A stretch of 64,000 nucleotides of DNA from Antedon mediterranea (lineage: Eukaryota; Animalia; Echinodermata). Made by a program: the position numbers and the translations under genes. Under the pieces are notes generated by a model. That model did not search any database, was not told where the DNA came from, and saw only the letters and a list, made by a program, of their open reading frames with translations. The DNA lies in the NCBI RefSeq assembly GCF_964355755.1, contig NC_092680.1:5332001-5396000 (forward strand), given 5' to 3'. Shown one piece after another: positions 13,501-25,500 of this stretch; positions within the stretch are counted from its first letter, which is position 1, and each line of letters opens with the position of its first letter.

Positions 13501-16500
13501 CAACACATTTTGAACAGGATAGAAATATATCATACTCGATTAAACTAATATTATTCTTGATAAAACAATTGATTATAATGTTTTTAATTTGTTGGGATGC
13601 ACCTCCGACTATTCAGAAAATGGACAACAAAACAGTAGTCAAATCGTACCACATTTATAAATTTCACGAGTCCCGACTTCAGTCGCCGAATGTATTGTAT
13701 TAGCTTCGGTTTCTTTGAAGGAAACCGATTGGTTATTCAATAATACTTATTAGGAAATGCTTTTACCATAATAGGTAATGTTGGGCGGGTCTTAAATATT
13801 CATGAGAGCTTAAAATAAAACAGCACTTATTTGCTAGGCGACGAAAAATCGTGGTTTCAGTTTTCAACGATAGGTGGCGCTTCAAAATCGTCAATGCGGA
13901 AGTAAGTCGATTTTACACGATTTAACGGTCAAAACGCGAAGTGGCTTTCCCACTGCGGTACATGTACTGTATGCAGTAATAGTAAAGCCAAAAAAATAAA
14001 GTAGACCCGTGAAACATGATGTTGAGAGTATTTTATCGTGATTAATACAGTAATATAAGCAAAATAATTCAGGAAAACTACTACAGTAATTCCTTAATTT
14101 ACCAACTACATGTTTAGATTAGACCCTCCTTTAGAAATGTTGCGTAATTTACTGTATCAAAGTTTATGTTATTGTTACCAAGTTATACTTATAGTTTTTA
14201 AAGTCCAAGTTAATTTGATTAAATCTGGGAGTACATATGGGTCCCATATGTAGCCAGTTCAAAAGTTGAAATACAAAAAAATCAACAAAAGACTCATTTT
14301 ATAATTGATTAATAATGATATTAAGTCACTACTAAATCTTTTTCTGTCCTTTTTTTTTATTCTGAACAATTATTAACAAATGTGGAGAGAGGTTTATGTA
14401 AAACACATGTGACCCCATATTGACCCAATATGACCTCCTACTTAGAAGATATGAAATTGCTTAGCAACAAAAACCAGATATATTTTAAACTCCTACTTAC
14501 TAAGTTTGTTTTTAAAATACATGTTTTGTACGAATGTTGTTATGAGGTTTTTAATGTTTATTTTAGCCTGAAAATGACCAAATTGATCAAGTGTAGAACA
14601 CCATTTTCGTGATTATCGCTGTGCAACTTTTTTCTGAAACGCAAATTAACAGAGTATTTGATTGACTGCCATTCACCTTGAGTCAACTACTGTAGCTTCT
14701 TCAGCATTTGAATTCTTGAGCGCATTGAATGTTTTCGGTGATGACCACCCACTGATTTTATCAGTTTTTTGGGAGCACAAATTTTTCGCAGTTTTCTTAA
14801 TTGTTCAGTGCAAATTTTTTTGCAGCAGAACAAGCCCTGATTTAGATTCATTGTATTATTTACATATCAATTGTTAATTCATTAAAGTTGTACTAGGAAT
14901 TGCTAGATAAGATACAGTACTGTCTGCAGTAATATGTAAATATTTAATGTTATCAACTAAATTCAGTTGGGAGGATGTAGATAGGATCAAAAGTCTAGGT
15001 CAGAACTAGCAATATGTTGCCACTCCATTCAGAAGTATGTAGTACTGTATTAGTATGACTAAAGTCCTCTCAGAGGAACACCACAGATATTCCTAAATCT
15101 AGAATGACCGTATTCATGATTTTAAATTGAAACCAAAACCATTGATTGTTCGTGACAAAATGTTAATAACATAATGTATATTTTGGAAAGTGTTAAGAAG
15201 TATAAATAGTAAAGCTTTTTTTAAAATGTCTCATTTAGTCATGCAGTAAAGCAGTTTGCCAACATTAAGTTCATGCTAAGTTTTAAATGTTGATACTGGC
15301 AAGGAAATTAATTTAAATATAATATTATCAAGGGATGAAATTTGCTAATGTGTTGGCAACAGATATGTATGCCCCTCACCTGCTTCTTAAAACAACATGT
15401 TGATTTTAAGTATATACTTAATGTAATGTTAATTCTCAAGTAGATACTAAGTTTAGATTTCATGTATAAAGCATTTAAACACAAACAAAAAGAAACTTCA
15501 AATAGGGAAAGAATAAACTACTGTATAGTATTTCACAATTTGTTAAAATAGACAAAAAATTACAATTACATTGCATCATATTGCGTTAGAAACTGTGTTA
15601 CATGTACCTGTATACATGTTTTAGTATTATTTGTTGAAAACATCCTTGATATTCCTATTTAACTATCTTTTTTATTTCTTATTATTGATATTACTTGTAC
15701 TACAGTAGAGCCCTGTTTTGTTTTGGGGACACCTCTGGTTTTTTAGGGGGGGGGGGGGTTACTATTAGAGTAGTGGGTTACTATTAGAAGGGGGGTTACT
15801 ATTAGAGTAGTGGGTTACTATTAGAAGGGGGGTTACTATTAGAGTAGTGGGTTACTATTAGAAGGGGGGTTACTATTAGAGTAGTGGGTTACTATTAGAA
15901 GGGGGGGTTACTATTAGAGTAGTGGGTTACTATTACTAAGCTTAAATTAGGCACTAATAGTAACTATTAGAGTAGTGGGTTATTATTATAGATTGACTTA
16001 TAAGGTGGGTTACTATTAGAGTAGTGGGTTACTATTACTAAGCTTAAATTAGGCACTAATAGTAACTATTAGAGTAGTGGGTTATTATTATAGATTGACT
16101 TATAAGGTGGGTTACTATTAGAGTAGTGGGTTACTATTACTAAGCTTAAATTGGGCACTAATAGTAACTATTAGAGTAGTGGGTTATTATTATAGATTGA
16201 CTTATAAGGTGGGTTACTATTAGAGTGTAGGTTACTATTGGAAGATTTACGGTATGTCATTTTGTGTTCATGAAAATAAGTGCGTATCGCTTTAATAGGA
16301 ATCTACTGAATAGGGGTCATTATATATTCTCTTATATATCCTCATTTATGTCGCAGGAAAGCGTCCCTTAATAGGGATATCTCCTGAACAAGGATAGGCC
16401 ATACAGTATATGTTGCCCCTCACTTACAGTATGTCACAGGAAAATGTCCCTTAATAAGGATCTCTCCGGAATTGTGTTACAATATAATTATATTCCCCCT

Positions 16501-19500
16501 CACAGGATCTATTAGAGCCTTAAACATAATGTAGACACTTTTTTGTAATGTTTTTGTTTTTGAGTTCGTGTTGTGTCCGTTATTATTATAATATTGTGCT
16601 CCACCAACAGAGCAAACAGAATTTCTATGTTTTTTCTTAAACAAATGATAATAAATGATTTTTGACTTGACTTGACTTCCTGAAAAAGGGTGTCTAAAGG
16701 AGTTATACATGTTATTTCCATCTACAGTATTTGGTAAATAAGCATCGTAATAGTACTTGCTGCACAAAGGAAAGTTATAGTATATTAGTAAAAAGAAAGT
16801 TCTTAAAAACAACGTCATGTGAAAGCTAACAATATGCAAGAAATAAGTTTGCAATCCCTTTCCAATTTATGTTTTGGCCAATAGCTTGACATTGATTGTA
16901 AGCAGTACAATAGAGATGATCAAAGAGAAACACACAAGAGATACTTTGCTGTCATGTTTAGCATCAATAGATATACTTTATCTAGGATTTGTTGCATATA
17001 TTGTGTTAGCAATTTTATCCCTCAACCAGAGCCAACAAAAGTGGACTTGCGTAAAGATAAGTAGTACACAACTTCAAGAAATATTTCTTACAAAAAACCC
17101 TGCTCATCTCATGATAGCTACCGTCTACATGCATCTCAATACTTATCAGCAAATGTTTTCATAGACCTTCTTGTTTTGCTTTGGAATGTGAGCATGCCTG
17201 ATCCGAGTTTCCAAATACCCATTTTTTTAGCCGTAGTAATTAACTACTGTATAAGCTTCCACATGGTAACTGTATCCTAATGCTTCCTAAAAATGGAGCG
17301 GTGCGAAAATAAGAAAAAAAAATAGCTGATGTAAACTGTAATACAGTAAATGTAAGTATTAACTTGTTTTTGATTTGAAAAACTTTGATTTAGTCTTTAT
17401 TAAGTGTTTCTTTGTATTTGAAGCTACTGTCATATCAGCAGATTTGCATTCTAATAATTTTCTTTCACTTTTATATTTACGTGGTTGCATTGCAGAAACA
17501 CAAATACATTGTTTTGCGATTATTTTGTGAATCTTTTGATTCTTTTATTATGCCTCCATTGGACTGACACTTTTGATAATAGGTACAAGGTTGTATACCT
17601 CCATGCACTCATCTTATGATGGAAGGTATGGAATGTAGTTTGACCTAATTATTTGGAAGTGGCCATGATCAATAATAAAAGTCTGTCACTGTCTTTTCTT
17701 CTGAAGATAATAAATGACAGGGGATTTAGTCAATGGATTAGATATAGTAGTCAATGGATTAATATTTAGTGCAGACATGGAGATTATCTATGCACAGGAC
17801 ATAACCTATAGTGATGCTGTGATGCTGTACTTTACTACTATATGAACTATATTTTTGTTTATTAAAAATTATTCCAAAAAACATGAATGTATTCTTATAG
17901 TCTATTTTAATTCATGTCTCTACCTTGCCTGGATCAACCAACATTATTATTTTTTTTTTCGCTTAGAAAAGTGCTAAATACATACAAGCAATTTATTAAA
18001 CAGACAATGGTACATTCCATGAACCCTGCCCCCAAGTGCGAGCAACCCAACACAACTTTCGAGACATTGTAACGGTAACATGTTTTCATGTATACAATGT
18101 TAAAGTATAGCATCCTGTCTGTTACATTTTCCATTGTGTGCCACCTGCCTTGTAGTATTTTCTGTATCATTCAGAGTAACCATTACCATCAATGCATTTT
18201 TGAATTCATTATTTGAAATATAAAATTGAATGTGACATTTTGTCAGAACTTATAGAATTCCAAGACAAATCAAATTATGAATGTCCATTGGGGGTTATGG
18301 AATACCACCCATTTTAACATATTTATACTCTTTGACATGTTGTAGATCACCTAAACTATACTTTAATAATAAATTCAGTTTTAAAATAAACAATTGTATC
18401 TAAGAAACACTTATTATGGATTTGGCTATGCATTTATAGCTGCTTTGAGGTATAATACAGTATATAGCTGAAATTAGCTGTGATAGAATATAGAATAGAT
18501 TTAGATTAAACTTTATAGAAAAATTGACATTTTTAGCTGCCAGCCAAAGGGTTTCCAGTTATGATAGTTTACTGCAGGGTTTAATATTTTGTTAAAGTTG
18601 AACAAAGTTGATATGTTTTTTTGCTCATTAATTTACCATATATTATTAATTATTAGCTTTTGGGTTGGTGATGCACTTTTTGAATACAAACACATTATTT
18701 ATGAAAACTTCCGGTCGAGATTTTTATATTGAACAAAGAGAGAACATGTTGAGGGGCTGAAATGAGACCATCTGAATATGAGAGAACATTAATTTGGGGC
18801 TGACATCTCTATTTAAGAAGATACTTTTCTTTAAAATGAATGGAGGGTGTAATATGTTGTACATTATAAGAGCCAACCTTTACTAAAAAGACAGCCCTAT
18901 ACAGTAGTTGTCAACTCGAACCAGAACATTTACTGTACTTCAACTGATTGATTTCTAGAGACCCAATCTTCAGAATACAGAATACTTGTTTGTGTCTTTT
19001 TGGAATGCCTTTTTTTCTGGCGAGTTGATTGTACTGTGGTTTCATTGCTTGGCTATTTTTGGTAAGCGGAAGCAAAAAAAAAGGTGTTCGGTCAAAATTA
19101 TATTAGACCGAGTATTTCATAGCACTGTACTAAAATAGCTGACCAACTATTGAGCTGCCAAATATTATCTTTATCTTTATTAATAGGAAGTGCTTCTAAG
19201 ATTTTCCTTTAACCTAAATGAGGTCATCAGTATAAGTTAACAAAAACATAGGAAATATCACTCTAAACTGTCACTGCTTCTCCAGAGCTAAAGCGTTCTT
19301 TTAGTATAGAATTTTGACTGATAACTTTCTTCAAACAAGGGAAGTTGAAATAAAAACTAATAATATCAGAAAACAAACAAGAATACAATTAATTTCCTAA
19401 TGCCTAAAATTATATCAAAGCATTTTGAGCAGATGTAGAAGAAGGTACTGTAAAAATGCACACTTTAAATACACCATGGGAAATGGATCTACACTCTGTA

Positions 19501-22500
19501 TACATTTTATGAACCTCCTTAAATTTGAAGTTCAAGATCACATAATAAAGGAACAGTATCTTGTAACCTTTTAACCTCATAGTCTCTTTAGATCAGTCTA
19601 CTTAATTGGTTCTGTGTGACAAATAATTCTTGTATCATGTCTAGTGACAATAAACAGCCTGGTATATCGTGTCTGCTCACTGCAACAGCCCCGTATCATA
19701 GCATATACAGTAGGGACAAAGATTGCTGTCAAAAGATGCAATACTGCTTTATTGTCGCTATCATAGGATAGCGCTCATGTAGGCCTATAGTATGTGTTAA
19801 CAATGTGGGGTAAGGAAACTAGGTACAGTATGTCCTTATTCATTGAACATACAGTAGCTCCAATGTTGTAAGGTAGTAGTTGATCAGTGAGGGGTTCTGT
19901 TTCCCTCAGGCTGTCCACTACAAAACAACAGCATCCTTTCTCATATGGCATATTTTAATTGAAAAATCCCAAATGGTTTTATAAAAAAGTTTTATATAAA
20001 ACCTTTAACATCCTTTACTTGCAAACTCATCATACATTTTGTATTTTTAACATTAGCTCATTTGCTTTTAAAATGTGGTCATAATTTACTAGAAAAACAT
20101 ACAGTAATAAAATGATAAGATCAATCATTGCTGTGAACCCCAAGGGTGCTGGAAAGAAATTTGAGAAATCTTTGCTAATGATGGTAATTTTATCAGGGGA
20201 CCAATGCAGTGGTAGATTGATGTATAGTGAACTGCTTATCCTATAGCATGTGCTACATTAATGTAGTCATCATCATTAATATATTTTATTGCAATTCAAC
20301 TGATAAGCAATTGAATTTTATTATGACACAGGCCTAGTTACTGGTACAACATATATACAGTACTGAATGTATTTTCATGCAATAATTATGTGTGCGTTCT
20401 GTGCACACTTAAGCTGATGCGAATCATATCTAACCAAATGAAATTGACGGATAGTCTTTTACTATCGTTTCGTTAATACCATGTATCCATCTGGTGCATG
20501 TTTTGAAAAGAAACAGAACTATTGTACTCTAGCTATCACCATGCTTATATTCCGAGCACTGTTGTAAGTTGTACTGTGCTTAAGACGCATGCCTTTCAAT
20601 GGTACATTATAGTGTTGAACATAAATAATTCAATTACAGTATTTTTAAACCTTGCTCAGCCTCATTCAATAGATCAGTCCAGCTTTCATGAAAATATTCT
20701 CTCTATTTCACTCATAAACATTTATTTATAATACAATAAATACTGTAGGCTCTAGCATTTAGTCAAGACCACAGAACCATTTGTAGGCTAGATGTTGTTG
20801 AACATGACATCCTACCTTGTCCTCACATCTGCTATTCACATCCGTTAGTTGGTGTGTGGTGATTTCAAAATGTCATAAACAGGAACACTTCATAATTACG
20901 TTCCTTTTATGGTTTTCCAACAATGATCTCAGGTAGAAAACCAGTGTGTTTAGGCCAAAAGTCATGTTTTTTCTCTTGTTTATTAGAATACCGTCTGTTT
21001 TCTAACAAAGCAATATTCTAAGTATTAAATACTTAAATCATTTTCAAATAATTTAACAGATTTTGTTTGACAGTTCGGAAAAAAAGAAGGTGCCTCTCTC
21101 AGTTAAGGCCCTGTTCAGACCCATGGCGTTAGACCGTTTTAGCGTACAACGTTACTATCAAGGTCACGTTACAAACCGCAGAGAAAAAAACGAGGTGTTC
21201 AGACCCATAGCGTACGATTATCGTTACAACGGAAGTACGTCATCCAGGTTGTTTCTAGTTGCATATTCATGTGCTCTTACCCACGTGTTTTCATCATTAT
21301 TTCCACTGTATATAGGCCTAGATCTCAGCCCTACAATTATGACAAAATTTGCCGTAAATAAAACATACCTCAGCATTTATTTAAGAAAAATATAGTAAAG
21401 CCAAATTTCTGTTTCTATTGTTTTTATTTTGTAGTAAAAAACATTTTCCCCAGGCTCTTGTGTTACGAAAATAAAGCAGGCCTCGTAAACTAATAATGAA
21501 GAAAAAAATGATTGTGATTAGTCTATCCAATCCAGTCAAAGATATATATTATTTGGTCCAGTCGGTAGAAAATAACCCTTAACTTGCTAATAAAAGGGAC
21601 ACAGCTCCACTTGTTTTTGTTTACTGATTTTTTTAGGAGTTAGGGGGTTTTCAGCATTAAACTTGTCCAGTCTAGTCTGCCTTGTATATGAATGAGTGAC
21701 TTGATGTCCCACGCTAGTTTTTAGCTTGAATGAAATGCGTGAATGGCTCTAGGCCTAGCTAGGCCTAAAAGCGGATGGGATCGTAGTCCCTATGTTTAAA
21801 TACAAGGTGCATGTATTTATGTCATTTGTTAGAAAATATAATGGTAATCAGTTGATAATAGTTTGTAGCCTTTGTAACAGTTGTATTTGTAGTGTAGTTA
21901 GGCCTTACTTATTCTGGCCTTTTTGTTATTGAAATCCATCTCACACATTGACGATACAAGATGTCAGCCTAGGTCAAACCTTGTTTCGCGTCATAACAGG
22001 AAACGTTCTGATTGGATACAACGTTGACTTACAGTAGCGTCGTACGCTAAAACGGTACTATCAACCGTTTTCCACTACAACGCTACAACCGTTGTACGAC
22101 GCGTTGTACGCTAATCCCCAACTGTTCAGACACACATTCTTTTAGCGTCGTACGCTAAAACGGTCTAACGCCATGGGTCTGAACAGGGCCTAAGTTTTTT
22201 GATCACGGGTATGAACCATTTAATCTAAATAATTTTCTGTTGAGTGAAGTAAAGTACAATTATACATAAGTGTATAAACAAAGTACAGTACAGGCATATT
22301 CTATTGTTTACTTGTAAGCGGGTAGTAGTGGTATGAGAATGTCTCCATCCCCAGTGGCGAATCCAGGATTATGAAATATGGTGAAAGAAAGGGTTTAGTT
22401 TTTATCTTTTGCATTAAAATTTGCAAAATTGAGGTTGCCCAGGCCATCTGGCCACTGCCCACCCCTCTGGCCACTGCCCACCCCCTCTGGCCACTGCCCA

Positions 22501-25500
22501 CCCCCTCTGGCCACTGCCCACCCCCTCTGGCCACTGCCCACCCCCTCTGGCCACTGCCCACCCCCTTCCCAACACATACTAAATACTGTAGTAATACTAT
22601 GTTTTCATATTTCATAACTCATAATTTAATTAATCAGATTTTATAAAGGGTTGACTTGATATTACTTTGTATATTTAACTATCAAGTATCAATATTGATG
22701 ATTTAGAAAAGATGTTCATGATATAATTTGTGTCTTTCAACTTCTTCAACAGAACTGACACTCATAAACCTATGTTTCAGTTTTCCTTGCAATAATAAAA
22801 TTACTAACTAAGCCAAAATTATTTATAAAGATTATATTGGAAATAAAGGTGTTAACCAAATATGTAACTTTAGGTGATCTATTCAAGTATAGCATATCAG
22901 GTGTTAATATCAGGTGTGTTTAACCAAATACAGAAATTTGATCCTATTTAATATATATCAATGGAAATTGTTACTTGTTGAATAATTATAGAATTTGTAA
23001 CAAGATATTCTCCAGATGACTATATATTTGGTCCTCTAGGGCGATTTATTTGTAACTTTAGTGTGTATTGTGTTTGCATGCCTATTGAGACAACCCTGGG
23101 AAGATGCTTAACTATTAACTGGACAGGTTTGTTCATTTTTAGGTCAACATGATATTCAGCAATACTATTACTATATTGTTGGTTTGATGTGTCTGAACTT
23201 TTCAAGGGAATGTTAAACACTGTACTGTATCACATCTGTATATTCACAAGCTTTTATTACTTCCATGGAATTTAATGACCATGATGTGGATTTTCTCTCT
23301 TATAGTGCAGTAAACTTCTATCATAGGCTTGTTCCATGTCTTTATAATGATAATTAAGAGCTAAACTGTGTTATCATCAATGAATACTCTATTATTGTCC
23401 AACCTTGCATTATTTATTGTGCGTATTTAGCTTCTTTTAATTGATTTTATAGTAAATCTTGAAGAGTACTTTACTGTATATTCACATTTTTCTATGATGA
23501 ACTTGCATTATGTTTTTTACGAGATGGGTTATGAAGAATGATTGTTGAAAGGGTTACAGTGTTGTGTTTACTTTCCAATCAAATAAAAGTAATCAAATCA
23601 GAGAAGGAGGATTCTATGCAATTACATGCTACTGTACTTACAAGTAAAAAATTAATTCTTTTTTGGTGCCTTTCAGTTTGACCGACTTGTGGATGTTACG
23701 GTTCCTTGGTGTCAGTATGTTTTGAGCACTTAAATGTTTTGTTAACACATGTTAACTTTTCATTGTGAACAGTTACTGTATGTTGAAAAAAATCCCTATT
23801 ACTAATACTCATAGTACAGGGATCATCTATCAGTGTAGTGATTTGGTAGGTGCTACACTGCTGGCTACCATGTGTCCTTAGAGGGCCTAATATACCTAAT
23901 CTGAACTTCCTTAGTTTCCAGTTAATCTTTGATGATAATAAATACCTTTATTTAGACATGAGGTGTTGACAATGAACTTTTCACAAGGTTGGATTAACAT
24001 TTAGGTATTATAACTTGTATGAAAACAGACTCTGTATTTTAGTTCAATTTAGTGCTATTGTACTCTAGACCTTGAGTTGTCCATCTGAAATACTTTTATT
24101 CTTTATATTTTTACAACACTATTTTTGCATAGACTACTATAGTACCTTTTTTAGTACCTATTTTTAGGTGGTTTTGGTGATTAGACTCATAATTTTCATT
24201 TTTTCAATTCTTTAAATTGTACATACTGTATATAGACAGTTAATTTAATTAACATAATTTCTGTTTAATTTCTAAATTCTACGTACCATTATTAATTTTG
24301 ATGCACTGAAAGTCGAGGTTATTACTTGGTTATTATCAAGGTGGTTTAACTAATGAAGCCTGACAAGGCACTAATTGCAATATAACAAGGGAGGGCAACT
24401 TATCTCCTAGCCTAAACTACTGCTAACCTACTAACCCCAACCAGTGAAAGATCAGCATGTATAAACAACATGTGGATGCAGCTGTCCATAAAAAATGACA
24501 TTGTATAGTTAGTTTGTTACATCAGGAAAGGTTATAAATGAACTTAATGAATTAATGTTACTTTTTATATTAGTGGGTGGTGAGTGTACAGCAGTATGAC
24601 AAAATACCATTTTTGATTTATGATTTTATGGTGCTAAGGACATCCAATTCTGATCTACATTATGTTATATTATTTATTTATTATTCAAAATTTTTTGTTT
24701 TGTTTTTGACATTATCAAATTTTTATTTTCTTTTAAGTTCTGTTATTTATTTGTTAATTTCGTAGCTTAAGTTAGTTAAGATAAAAGGTACCAAGCTTGA
24801 TTAGCTTCGGCTATTTCTTGGCTACCTTTTGTATTGAAATTGTTTTTGTTTGATACAATAAAGAAGAAGAATATATTACTTGCTGTACTATGAATGCTTA
24901 TTAGGGAATCGCATAGTACAGAATCAAGATTAGATAACTTCCATTGATTATTAAAGTGAAATGAAGCAAGGTTGTAATGTAAGAATCTGAATACAACATA
25001 AATGTAAGATTGGTATTTACGAGCAACATACAGTAGTCTAGAAGAAGAATGACTGTCAATATGTAGCTAGGTGTAGCAGACGCCAGCTGGACTTCATTTC
25101 TAAGTAATTTCCATCTTGAAATGATCTTAATTATCAAAATAAGTCTATGCTTAAAGATAAGTGGCGGAATCGAGCTTCCTTTGTACCCGTTCTGATGGTA
25201 TTGTTGAGTTCTAATGGTTCCTGTATTGAATAGATTCTTGTTTATCAAATCTTATTCTAATCCCAATGAAAATAGATGAGCGGAAGTAGCTTGTCAATTT
25301 TGAAAAGGTTAAAAGGTATCTTTCAGCTTATAATACATTTGTGTAGTCACCCACTACAACCCCCCCACCCCCCTCATAGATCTGATTTTTATTATTTTTC
25401 TTCTTTATATTTTTATTTTATATGAAATAATAATGCCTAAATATTAATCCATAAATAAATGTACTTGGTTCATTTTGGTTCATATAGTACTTTATGTAAA

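Noticed and set aside
18007-18075. Short ATG frame ending in phase-2 TT|GTAACG as a third first exon
   Set aside because: No signal peptide, no LRRNT cysteine pattern and a weak donor.
20818-20862. CPHICYS as another LRRNT copy
   Set aside because: Lacks the remaining cysteines, has no leader or donor, and hits a stop.
22301-22646. [15 protein letters not shown] repeat ORFs
   Set aside because: Products of the 20-bp minisatellite.
24901-25300. Minus-strand 115-aa ORF with weak LINE C-terminus-like GYKGSSIP
   Set aside because: Similarity too weak to support without a search.
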